From: Phoronis australis
Taxonomy: Eukaryota; Animalia; Phoronida
Direction: 5' to 3'
Length of the DNA stretch: 64,000 nt
Assembly (NCBI GenBank): GCA_002633005.1
Contig: NMRA01000403.1
Span: 26,860 to 90,859 of the forward strand
Part shown: piece after piece, positions 13,012 to 23,761 of the stretch
Layout: each line of letters opens with the position of its first letter
How positions within the stretch are numbered: position 1 is the stretch's first letter
Notes under the pieces: generated by a model
The model's input: only the letters and a program-made list of their open reading frames with translations
What the model was told of the DNA's origin: nothing
Database searches by the model: none
Program-made: the position numbers and the translations under genes

Positions 13012-13625
13012 GCACCGGATATACTGGACATCTATTGTTGAGACCAAATAACGCCCTGAAGAGTTTCATTGCGTCTTGTGACAGCGGATGGACAGTTATT
13101 CAGCGCAGGCTCGACGGAAGTTTGGATTTCAACAAAGGATGGGAGGACTATAAAGTTGGGTTTGGGGAAAGAGACGGTGAAATGTGGCTCGGAAATGAAA
13201 ACATTCACTTCATTACCAAGCAGGGTCAGTACAAATTACAGCATATTGTGAGTCTGTGGAATGGCACGCATTTTTCACATGGCCACAGTGTTTTTGCCAT
13301 TGCCAACGAGACGGAGAAATACAAGTTGACTGTGTCAGCTATGTTGCTGTCGACCGGGTTAACATCTCCATTTCGTGGCTTGGATCTAGTCAACGGCTCA
13401 AAGTTCACCACCCTCGACTCGAACAATGATAGCAACTCGCGCAATTGCGCTATTGAGGGAAAGGGTGGATGGTGGTACAATACATGTTGTGCTTTCTGCG
13501 TGAATAACCTCTACCCCCTCGAAGGTTCTTGTCCAAAAAAAACAGTATGTATGAGTTTAAAGCGCAAGAGTGGACCGCCCAGACTCATGCTAAAACGCTC
13601 CGTAATGAAAATAAAGAGAAATTGA
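13012..13625 (+). CDS. Exon 3 (terminal) of PAN-FReD gene: fibrinogen C-terminal (FReD) domain
   Basis: Acceptor TTTTTAAG| in phase 1; motifs CDSGWTVIQRRLDGSLDF, WEDYKVGFG, WLGNENIH, FTTLDSNND, NCA..GGWWYNTC; stop TGA. Spliced CDS is 285+25+614=924 nt (307 aa). Confidence 0.9.
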
Positions 13626-15189
13626 AAACCTTTTCAGCTTCGGATAAAGATAAATACGCACTCAAAAGTAATTTAAATGAGTCATTGTTAAACTAAATTC
13701 ACCTAATGGCTTCTCTATTCAGTATTCTGAAAATTTTATTGGCTGAAGAGTGAAGATTACATAGGAAATCAGCTAGCGATAATTTGGCTTAATAGGGATA
13801 TTTAGTAGGATTTAACATAACATTAATGACTTTAAATTTTTAGTTCATGTAGAGAAACGAAGATGTAAATGTATTAGATGTTGAATCACAATCTTCGTTA
13901 TAAATCACTAGACACGCCGGAACTAGCCTGTAAATCAATATTCGCGTTAGCCGCTAGTGTACCTGTGTAGTGGTAAATGCGATGCAAACATAAACCAAAG
14001 AATAGTACTAAAGAACACCGAAACAAATACTAAATGAAATCATTCATCAGTACATGCGAAAGCAGTGGAGTACTTAAGGTGCCAGGGAAAGCGAACCGGA
14101 CGAAGTAACGCCCTACATTATCACGCTCTTGTCAACTACTAAAACTGATTGAAACATAGCACTTATATCTTACACTGATTATGGAAAAAAGTCATAATTC
14201 ATCGAGTGCTACTCTCGAAGTCCGCAAGTGCAACCAATATCATTTAAACCCACAGCGGGTTGGGTAACATGTACAGTGTATCGGTGCTGGTTTGGAGCAC
14301 AGGTTTGATAACAATGGTTAACACGCTAGGCTTTTCAACGTTTTTATTATAGCGACTCGCGCAATATTGCATGACTATTTCCAATGATGTTATCTTCAAT
14401 TCTTCAAGTCTAAATCTTCGGTCCCCTCAAAAATGTCAAACGGAGTAAGTGGCGGCGAAAAACGGTCCAGCTGTTTACAATAACGGAAAGGTAAACATGC
14501 AAAAACTGACGAGTCCAGAAAATTATAGGCTCAACTTTGAAATGTATCCAGGCAAATGAAGGTCCAGCTGAAAAGTAATCGGAAAGATTAGAATCGGAAA
14601 GTGTTGACCAATCAAGGTTGGACGAACCAGCTGAAGAAAAATAGTCAAAACTTGAAAACCCTGTTAGCGAGCCTGTGACTGTTAGTAACGTCTCAGCACC
14701 GGACAATCCACTGTCGCGCGATTTTCCTGTGGTGATCGCTAAGCAGGGCAGGATGATTCGTTTGCCTCGGTGTCTAAAACGTGTGACGGAGTTCGACAAC
14801 TGTCATCGGAGTGGTTTTATAAAGTTCCGGGGAGTTGAGCAAAATCTTAAGGTGTTCGTTAGCGTACCCTAGATAGCTTTAGTTGCCGTTTGTTTGCAAC
14901 TGCCCCAATTGACTTGACAACGATTTATGATGCTGGTGCGCTTAACAAATGATGGAAAGTAACACCCTAAAGTACATGTACAGAACGACTATTTTTGCGA
15001 AACTACACTTCCTCTAAATGTAGAAAACGCTAGCAATAGCCTTAACAATAAACCGTACAATCGCCAACAAATCGGTCGCAGCGGTAGTAAAGGCAAAGAA
15101 AAATGCAAAAACATATTGCAGGGGTTGTTGAGTGTAACTCTGCTTCTGGCGAATCAAAGCTTATTATTCCAAGACTAACATGTGTGCGA

Positions 15190-16110
15190 CCTATCTTCGA
15201 ACAGGGGCATTTTTAGAATTTTTGACAATGTTATTTAAGTATGGCCCGGTCTTAAAAGAACATTATTTTTGTGAGATTGGAGCTTATTGAGGTTAGATGC
15301 GCATACTATCTATCCCCTATGATGCAGAGTGAATTTACTTTTGTGCTGGCAGATCCTGTCGAAAAATAGTGAATACAAAATTAAGTCAGCCAAATACTAT
15401 GCGTAGATGTTTGACAGCACGCCTAACGAATCCTACTTAGATCAACTGTCGGAAATCATCAGATAGTACGTGAAAACTGACTGGTGCCACAGAAGTAAAG
15501 AAGCAGTCTTGGTGTTCATAGCAGATGAGATACTCGTTCGGATGAAAAAGAAAATGACAGCAGAGCAGTTGTCAGACATGGATTTGTCATTGATATATGG
15601 AAAAAACTAAACGAGGAATATTCGAGTGCTTGGATATCTTTGCAAATGAATTGAGTTTCATATCGCAAGCAATGTGCCAAATTGTCAATTTGTTCGAAGA
15701 CATCCTAACCACTGATTTGGCCAAATCCACCAATGATTGTACAAAGGTACATGTATCAATGATGAAACTTGCCGGTTTGTATGACGGCATTTGTGCATCC
15801 GAACTCACAATCGATATATCGACATTGACAAGGCATCTGGAAGACGCTGAAATCTAAGTTTGACCGTGTTATACGCACTTTGTGAAAGGAACTTTTGTGA
15901 TCTAATGCTCAATAAAACGTATTTGAGATCTACAATGCCCAGGCACGGCTACCTGATTTGGTAATACTTCTAGACATAAACTTTGACTCGGTCATTGGAA
16001 ATTTGGGGAATCTAGGAAATTGACGTTTGTGTGAAAAGAATGCCTGGCCTACTATCATGAGCTCTGAGGGACGAGCACTTTGGATATTGGCGTTTATCTG
16101 CATAGAGATT
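15190..16110 (+). pseudogene. hAT transposase remnant (ZMYM/DUF4371 type plus dimerisation domain)
   Basis: Broken frames give FLEFLTMLFKYGPVLKEH, YLSPMMQSEF, AKYYA*MFDSTPNESYLDQLSEIIR and CERNF...TYLRSTM. Confidence 0.7.
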
Positions 16111-16413
16111 CATCTTTAGATAAGCTAGGGGGAATGTATAAGAAAATCTTTCCGCAGATATCCCTAGTGCGTTTATTTAAAAAAAAACATAGTTGAATCC
16201 TAAAACTGTCATTTGAAATGGACACCAAAACCTTAACAAGAGTAAATTTTTGGAATAAATTTCTGCTTGTGGGATAATATTACGTCGACAATGCTTTGTG
16301 TTAACTCTCATAAGTGAGCAAAATATCACTAGAACTTTCCAGTTGCTCCCCGAGGTATAGAACTTTGGCTTTATTTATGCCCATGTGCATGCTTGTATGA
16401 TTCTTGTGTATGT

Positions 16414-16849
16414 TGTTACGGTAATATAAATAAAAATAACCACTTTTCAGGTATAATGATCAAAATTAACATCTATTTACTTATTTACAAACATGTCAAC
16501 AAGTTGCACAAAACTTGGGACGAAGACAGGGTCGAACGTCAGCACCAACACTTGAGAATTGTGGTATCTTCAGGCTTCATCAACAAGCCGTTCTCACGCG
16601 TTCCGCAGTCTCCACCAAAATAATACAGTCAAATTCTATGGACTAGACTCTGTTGTCTACGCCGTTGCAGAGGCTCGCCACATAAACAAAAAATAACGCT
16701 CAAAACTTTGAAAGTATATAAACAAAACATAGGAAAGTGCAGCCTCAGTGTTCGGATAACAATTCATAACACACGTCCGCTAACCATCGCCGACCAACTA
16801 GATTTCTCGGATAAAACTCTAATCTGCCCCCTAGAGAGAATACGTAACA
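16414..16849 (-). mobile_element. 3' LTR of the Gypsy element
   Basis: Bounded by inverted TGTTACG...CGTAACA; on the minus strand it is immediately preceded by purine tract GAAACGGGGA (PPT), downstream of the RNase H region. Confidence 0.75.
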
Positions 16850-19530
16850 TGTCCCCGTTTCAAAAGATGGTGTGTACAACTACAAACATTTTTTTTCTTT
16901 TTTAACCAAACTTAACATATTTACAACTTAACTAAACGCGTTCGTAATACAACTCTCCCACAAACATACTGTTAGGACCTCACTCAAATCCTAGACAAAA
17001 TATCAGCAATAATATTATCCTTTCCTCTGATATGTCAAACATCAAGGTTGAGCTCCTGCACAATGAGACTCCATCTAAGTATTCTCAGATTTTTCCCTTC
17101 ATCTTATTTAAAAATATGGCGGGTTGTGATCAGTATATACAATAAACCGTGAACTCATAGACAAAACATAAACTTCGGGAGTGCTGCAACACCAAAATCA
17201 ATGCGAAAGCCTCCTTTTCAATGGTTGAATAACAGCGCTGGTTCCTACTGAATTTCGTAGAATAATAGCACACAGAGTGATCTATGTCATGACCATCTTC
17301 CTGTAACAAAACCACCTGCTCCAACATCAAAAGCATCAACAGCCAACTTTGGCATGCATCGGTCTACACAAACTTCACTTTACTTGAAGTCAAACTAGTC
17401 AAAGGTAATACAACCTCACAGTAATTTCTACAAAACCGTCTATAGAAACCGGCCATTCACAGGAATCTAGACAAAATAGCACTTCCCCTCTTCCAGCAAC
17501 TTGACCTAAAAACGTCACACATGCATGACCGGGATCACTTTAGCCAAATTGAAAGATAATTTAGCATCACACAAACGCTGGAAAAGTTGCCTCAAATCAC
17601 ACAAATGTGCATCCCAAGTAGGACTACTAACTATAATGTCATCAAAGTAAACTTGGACGTTAGGTAAACCATTCAATACAGTATTCATCAATTCCTGAAA
17701 AGTCGCAGCAGCAGTTTTCATACCGCACGGCATAATACAATACTGCCGCAAACCATCAGGGGTTGCAAATGCAGACAACTCTAGCTCGCGCACTAAGCGG
17801 AACCTGCCAATACCATTTTTAAAAGGGTATTGTTAAAACATATCAAACTTAATTATAAATTCTGCATTTCCAGCACTATTAATGCAATCGTCAACCCTCG
17901 GAACAGAGTACGCATCACCCTTGGTCACCAAGTTCAATTTTCTGAAATCAGTCACAAATCTTACAGACTTGTCAGGCTTCGGAACAGGGATACATGGATA
18001 ACTCCAATTACTCTGACTAGGTTCAATGATTCCATTATCCAACATATACTGAACCTCATTTCTCATTAACTCTAACTTGGGGGGAGAAATTCTATAAGGG
18101 TGCTGCTTAACAGGATCAGCATCTCCAACATCGACATCATGAAACAACAGTTTTTCTAGTCACATCTGGAAACAATTAACTGAATTCCCTTAAGAGACTT
18201 TGTCGCTGATCAACACTCAAATGACTCAATTTCTCTTGTAAGTTGCTAAGAAACTGAAAGTTGCAGAACTTGAGCGAAATACCTAAAAAGCAGGTCCTTC
18301 AAAATCATAACCCGAATCAACAGTTGCAACAGTTTTATCAACATGATCACCAGACTTTTCACGATACTCTTTAAGCATGTTTACATGACAAATGGGTCGG
18401 GCAAAACGTCAAATTCAATACCAAGTACCAAATGTGTACTAACTGCCAAATGGGCAAATATCAAACAAAGTACCAAGTGGGTACACCAAACAGCCAACTG
18501 GGGTATAACAACCTGCAAAGCAGGTTCCGGACAAACTGAGTGAGCAGACCAGCCGCAGTGATAAAAAGATAGCTTGTAAGGAACGTGGTGTTGTGGCTCA
18601 GTATGTGCCACATGGGCAGGGTTGTTCATGGATGAACAATCCTGTCCACCGCCACAACCCTCTCCACCACATACGGTCCAGAAAATTTAGCATTCAAATA
18701 ATCCCCAGGCATTGGTAACAGAACCAACACTTTGTCACCTGGACTAAAATGCCTGTCGCGATTTTTACGGTCAATGAAAGTTTTCATAGATATCTGAGCA
18801 TCTTTCAGATGCTTATGAGCCACGGTTCTAACCTCAAACAACCTATCTTCCGAATCTGACGCATAGGTCAATAAATCCACAGGGTGATCTTCACTCAACC
18901 ACCTTTATTTCAACAGTTTAAGCGCACCACGGGGTTGACGCCTAAAAATCAACTCAAATGGGCTGCAACCCAGAGAATCTTGTACTGTTTCCCTGTACGT
19001 AAACAGTAAAAGTGGAACACCGTCATCCCAATTCTCTTCACGAGACAAACAGTAAGCCCTTAACATTGTCTTAAACGTTTGATGAAATCTTTCAAGAGCA
19101 CCTTGAGATTCAGGGAGATAACCGCTGGAAACACGTTGGTCAATTTTCAACAAATACATCACATGCTGAAAAACACCAGACATAAAATTTGATCCTTGGT
19201 CAGATTGAATTGACTTAGGAACGCCAACTAAAGTAATGAACTTTACTACCTCTATTTTACTTAAGGGAATAGCTTCAGGAAAACGTGTGGAATGACACAT
19301 TACTGTCAATAAATACTGGTTCCCCGTTTTTGTTTTTGGCAATGGACCTATACAATCCACAATGACATGACTAAATGGCTCGCCGAACGCCGGAATTGGT
19401 TTTAAAGGAGCTTCAGAGATAACTTGATTTGGCTTTCACACCAACTGGCACACATGACAAGTTCTACAAAAAATTCCTAACATCTCTATCAATACCGTGC
19501 CAAAAGAAATGACTCAGAATACGATCTTTG

Positions 19531-19796
19531 CATGCGCGCACCCAGGGGGGCTCGAGTGGCTCGGGGGGCTCGAACTAGCCCCTCCCCCATTTTGGCAAAG
19601 AGGGCAAAAAGGTCCGCCTCAGAGAAACAAAAAGTCCGAGGAAAATGAGATAAAAGTCCACTAAAAAGGCTCAGACGCACAGTTCACAGTACTGAAGATG
19701 GTACCCCGTTTTTTAGTCATTCATTTTTTTGTTAGCAAAAGGTCCACTTGGTCAGAAATTTGAGCCCCAACAAACTAAAGGATGGGTGCGCGCATG
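19531..19796. mobile_element. Non-autonomous DNA transposon nested in the Gypsy integrase, 5-bp TSD
   Basis: TIR CATGCGCGCACCCA / TGGGTGCGCGCATG; CTTTG duplicated at 19526-19530 and 19797-19801; excision restores integrase NKTKDRILSHFFW. Confidence 0.88.
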
Positions 19797-21381
19797 CTTT
19801 GGTCTTATTAATTGCAAAGTGACCAGTCATATTTCCTTCATGAGCCAAATACAGCACCCCCTGGACGTATTGCCTAGGTAATACTACATGTAACTGGTAC
19901 AGAACATGCCAAAACTCAACAGAAAAAACGTCAGATGGTCTCCATTTACGCATTAAGAGACCATTTTTCAGATAATAACAGACAGCAACTTTATCAGCTT
20001 CTTCTTCCAAAACAGCGTGACTATACGCTAGATCATCGTCTTGCTGAAGTTCCATAAGCTTAGAGCGCGAATACCTGCCAGTACAATCAGACACAGCCTC
20101 AAACAGCTGAACTAGGAAAGTACAGTGTATCTGACAAATCAGAATTATAATACACGTCGCACTCACTTTACGCAGCTGCCTTAGCCTTAGCTTTAGTAAG
20201 TACACAGGACGATGTTGAATTATTACAATCTTATACAGGGATAGGTTCATCGCCCCTCACAGGTTTAACAGTCACGTTACTACCCATAACATCATTACCT
20301 AACAGCAAGAGTTATACCGCGAACGGGCAAATAGGGCGTAACACCTACAGAAATGGGGTCGGTAAACAAATCTGACGTGAGAAAAACTTCATGCTGAGGT
20401 ACACTTCTACTACCACCGATGCCAGAAAGGGAAAATCGAATCTCAGAGAAGATAAACTCAGACGAAGGAATCACGCCCTCCAACAACAAAGTCTGAGCAG
20501 ATGCAGTATCCCGCAAAATCACGGCAGGCCTACATGTACGGGTAGACTTCTCAGTCACAGAGACAAAACCCTCAGCAGAATGTGGTTAAGATATTTCGTG
20601 AACAGAACGGACGGAGCTTCATACGCCGGAAGCTTTTTGGTAGGTAGATATATTGGACGCCTCTGAAAGTATTATGTTTGCAACCTTAAATATCTACGTT
20701 TTTTTTCTGAAACCGCAAGTGAACCACCAAGATCCCCCGATTTTGTATAGTAAAAGAAGCATTGCGTGATCCCTTTGTATGTCCAATAACACAACCCCTC
20801 TGCTCGTATCCATCAGTCTATATTTTCAATTGCGCTCTCGAAGATCTTGACTAGTTTTAGAATGAGCTTTGGTAATAGTGGGAGCGGACCTTTTGAAATG
20901 CAGATGCAGGATTTTGTTCAGGGGGTCCGAAAATGGACCGGCATGCACTGTAGGTGGTGCGCGGGATTCTTAGACCGTTTTGATGTTCGAAAACTGACCA
21001 AGCAGTGGCTTTTGAACCCACTTTAAAACAAAATTTGCTTCTATGAAGTATGATGCGATGAAGATTTTTAAATTAACTCATCGGTGCACTATACATGTAT
21101 TTGATTTTTTTGAACTCTGTAATCCTATAATAGATTTTCACTGTTGCACTCGCAAAACTGAAAATCCATGAAGAAAACATCTGTCCGACAGCTTCTCATG
21201 ATCTCCTGTAGCAACACGAATGATATTTGTTTGTTTAGCATCTAGCGCGTTAGATAATTGCTCAACCGAATAGCGCAACCTAGAGTTTCTTAATCTAACT
21301 GACAGTCACAGATTGACAGAAAACTGTGTAATTGGGTTATGTAAAAACTGACTACCCAAACCTAAGAACGATGCCAGATTT

Positions 21382-22000
21382 TGGGCTCAACAAAGACAGT
21401 AGCAGCAGCTGAAATCTAGCTCATGTTCCAAAATTTTACGATAAAGATTTGGGAGAGCGATAAATATGAGTAAAAATGACCTTAAAAATGAACAGTGAAA
21501 ATGACATTTTTGTTAGCTTAAATGGGTTCACATAAAAATTCAATATACCTACCCAAACTAGATTTTTTTATTTTATTCCTTCCGAGTTTCTATTTTAACG
21601 TCTTTTAGAAATAGAAGAATTTATTAATGATAAATATATTCTAGGTGGCGATTTTTCATCTTGTGTTGGGCTCAACAAACACAGTAGTTACAGGTGTAAG
21701 TTAGCTCATGTTTAAAAATTTTTCGATATAGACTTGGGAAAGCGATAAATATGAGTAAAAATGACTAAAAATAAACAGTGAAAATGTCATTTTTCTAGGT
21801 TAAATGGCGTCACCTAAAATGTCAATTACTCCATCCACAATAGTTATTTGACTTTCAGAATTTCTATTCTAACTTTTTTCACAAATAGAACAATTTATTA
21901 ATAATAATAAATACAATGCCATTTTGTAGGCTTAAATGGAGTCACAGAAAAATCAATAACTCCATCCAAACTAGTTTTTGTATTTTATTCTTCCCAATGT
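21382..22000. repeat. Diverged tandem repeat, ~285-bp unit, two copies plus a partial third
   Basis: GGGCTCAACAAA.ACAGTAG...GCGATAAATATGAGTAAAAATGAC...AACAGTGAAAATG at ~21382 and ~21668. Confidence 0.75.
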
Positions 22001-22789
22001 CGTCATTTTGTTATAGTGCGAAGCGATGAGATGTTGTTGATGACGAGAAGCACAAACTTCCCAATACTTTTGATTGCAATTTTTAAGAAAAGGTGCAAAA
22101 TGGTCGTAAAAAGGTTTTAAAAACGGGAATTGATCTTAAATTGGTTTATGCTATTGTGCAAAGTACCATTTACCAAGCAAGATTTAAGGCTATGATACCA
22201 AATATTTTGGTCTCATCGGTATGTTGACACATGGATTCAGCTGTCAGAAATCTACTTTTGAAAAACTGCTTTATCGAAGAGTATAATAAGCACTGGAAAC
22301 AATTATCCCACGTCTTCTCCGGTGAGCATACAAAAACAACTTCGTGCGCATGCGTGTAGGCTTGTGTGTATTAATGTTCTTAGTTTCCCAATATACATAC
22401 GCTGTGCATTTTTTTGATTTATAAAATAAATATAAAAAACTCCCAGAAAAGTTTCAGTTCAGGAATTTGACATTTTAATGACTTTGTATTTTCAGATATG
22501 CCATTACTTTATACTTTGAAGTAACTGAAAACGAGAAGAGATGTCTTGGTCTTTGGAAATTTAACACAAGTTATTTACGCGATGTCAATAATATCAACGA
22601 AGTAGGAAATGTGTCGACTTTCATATTAATCGTTATTGTCATATTAAACACAAAAAATTTAGTATCAGAAATAATTAAAATGGAAATCAGAAAAACTCCA
22701 ATCATGTATTTTATGGAAAAGAAGTTGGAAATAAGAGGTAATCAGATGAAATCCTTCTATAGCTCCGCATATACATGCTCCAAGTTTGC

Positions 22790-23761
22790 TTAATTTCCTC
22801 TTATGTTTTGTCTTATAGATTGTAGCACCTTAAAGAATTCACTGCGCACCGATTTGTTGATCATTCCATACACAACAGGATTAAGGAAGTTGCAAGAGTT
22901 ATACAGAGGCAGTGAGACCAACTCTACTTCACGCGCGAGTTCTTTTTCAGGTGAATAAATTTTCGCCATACGCGAGCCCACATACGGAAATAACGATAGA
23001 ACATAACAAGACGTAATACCGAATAACACTATCGACGCCTTCATTTGCGACCTCACTTGTCTCTGTTTCTCTTTCCTTTCCGAGTCTTCGGCCAATGGCA
23101 CTGGAACTTTGGCGAGTTTCCTGGACTCTCTGAAAATTCGTACGTAACACCAGCATATAACAAGAGATGTTGGAAAGAAAATGGCTCCCATTACAGCAAC
23201 AACTGTCCTAGTTCCAACATCCTTGTCACGTCGACCCCAGTCAAGTTGACAGGCATTTAGATAAGAGTCAAATTCGTACTTGCCGAAACCAAACAAAGGC
23301 GGACTCGTAATTATCACAGGTACCACCCATGATGCAACAATCATCCACTTCGTCAGGCGGTTATTTATTTTTAAATGGTATTGCATTGGCTTTACGCATG
23401 CGTAGAAACGTTCAATGCTGATGCACAAGAGAGTCGTCATGGATTGAATTCCTAAGCAATTCTGAAGAAATCCAATAACACTACAAAGAATTTCACTGTT
23501 CTGAAGCAGCTCAACGCCGTATACGGTTATCCACAGTGTAATGGGAAAAGATATATCTCCTATAGCCAAATTGGATACAAGATAATACCCAGGAGCGTGT
23601 AATGGATAACGAGAGTAAACTGTGTAAAGCAACAAGATGTTAGACGGAACTGTCAGAAGAGTTGTAGCTGTGTAGTAGACTTGGTACCATAAAAGGTTAT
23701 CTTGACTGGTAGAGGAATCGTTTCTGCTCAATGGCATGTTAAGGAACTCTGTAAAATTCAT
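22790..23761 (-). CDS. Class A (rhodopsin-like) orphan GPCR, paralog A, single coding exon
   Basis: Seven hydrophobic segments; SN (TM1), LAIGD (TM2), ISIERF, W..P (TM4), ECL2 CQLDW, LFPY, NPVVY; N-glycosylation sequons NFT and NDS; likely start MNFTEF follows an acceptor TTTTTCAG 28 nt upstream. Confidence 0.93.
   Translation of the reverse strand: MNFTEFLNMPLSRNDSSTSQDNLLWYQVYYTATTLLTVPSNILLLYTVYSRYPLHAPGYYLVSNLAIGDISFPITLWITVYGVELLQNSEILCSVIGFLQNCLGIQSMTTLLCISIERFYACVKPMQYHLKINNRLTKWMIVASWVVPVIITSPPLFGFGKYEFDSYLNACQLDWGRRDKDVGTRTVVAVMGAIFFPTSLVICWCYVRIFRESRKLAKVPVPLAEDSERKEKQRQVRSQMKASIVLFGITSCYVLSLFPYVGSRMAKIYSPEKELAREVELVSLPLYNSCNFLNPVVYGMINKSVRSEFFKVLQSIRQNIRGN

Larger units (their letters stand above)
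16414..20600 (-). mobile_element. Decayed Ty3/Gypsy LTR retrotransposon, Gmr1-type domain order PR-IN-RT-RH
   Basis: Protease ILRDTAS (~20520); IN zinc finger AH..GHFAINKT; IN core MDCIGPLP, SDQGSNF, GALERFH (18905-19360), GPY; RT PVKQHPYR, DFRKLN, MPCGMK, YFDD (17515-18147); RNase H YSTIEKEAFAL (~17200). Many stops and frameshifts; no 5' LTR seen. Confidence 0.92.

Noticed and set aside
14400-14800. Possible Gypsy pol tail (QGRMIRLPR resembling TRSGRxxRxP)
   Set aside because: Single weak motif with no recognisable integrase or LTR
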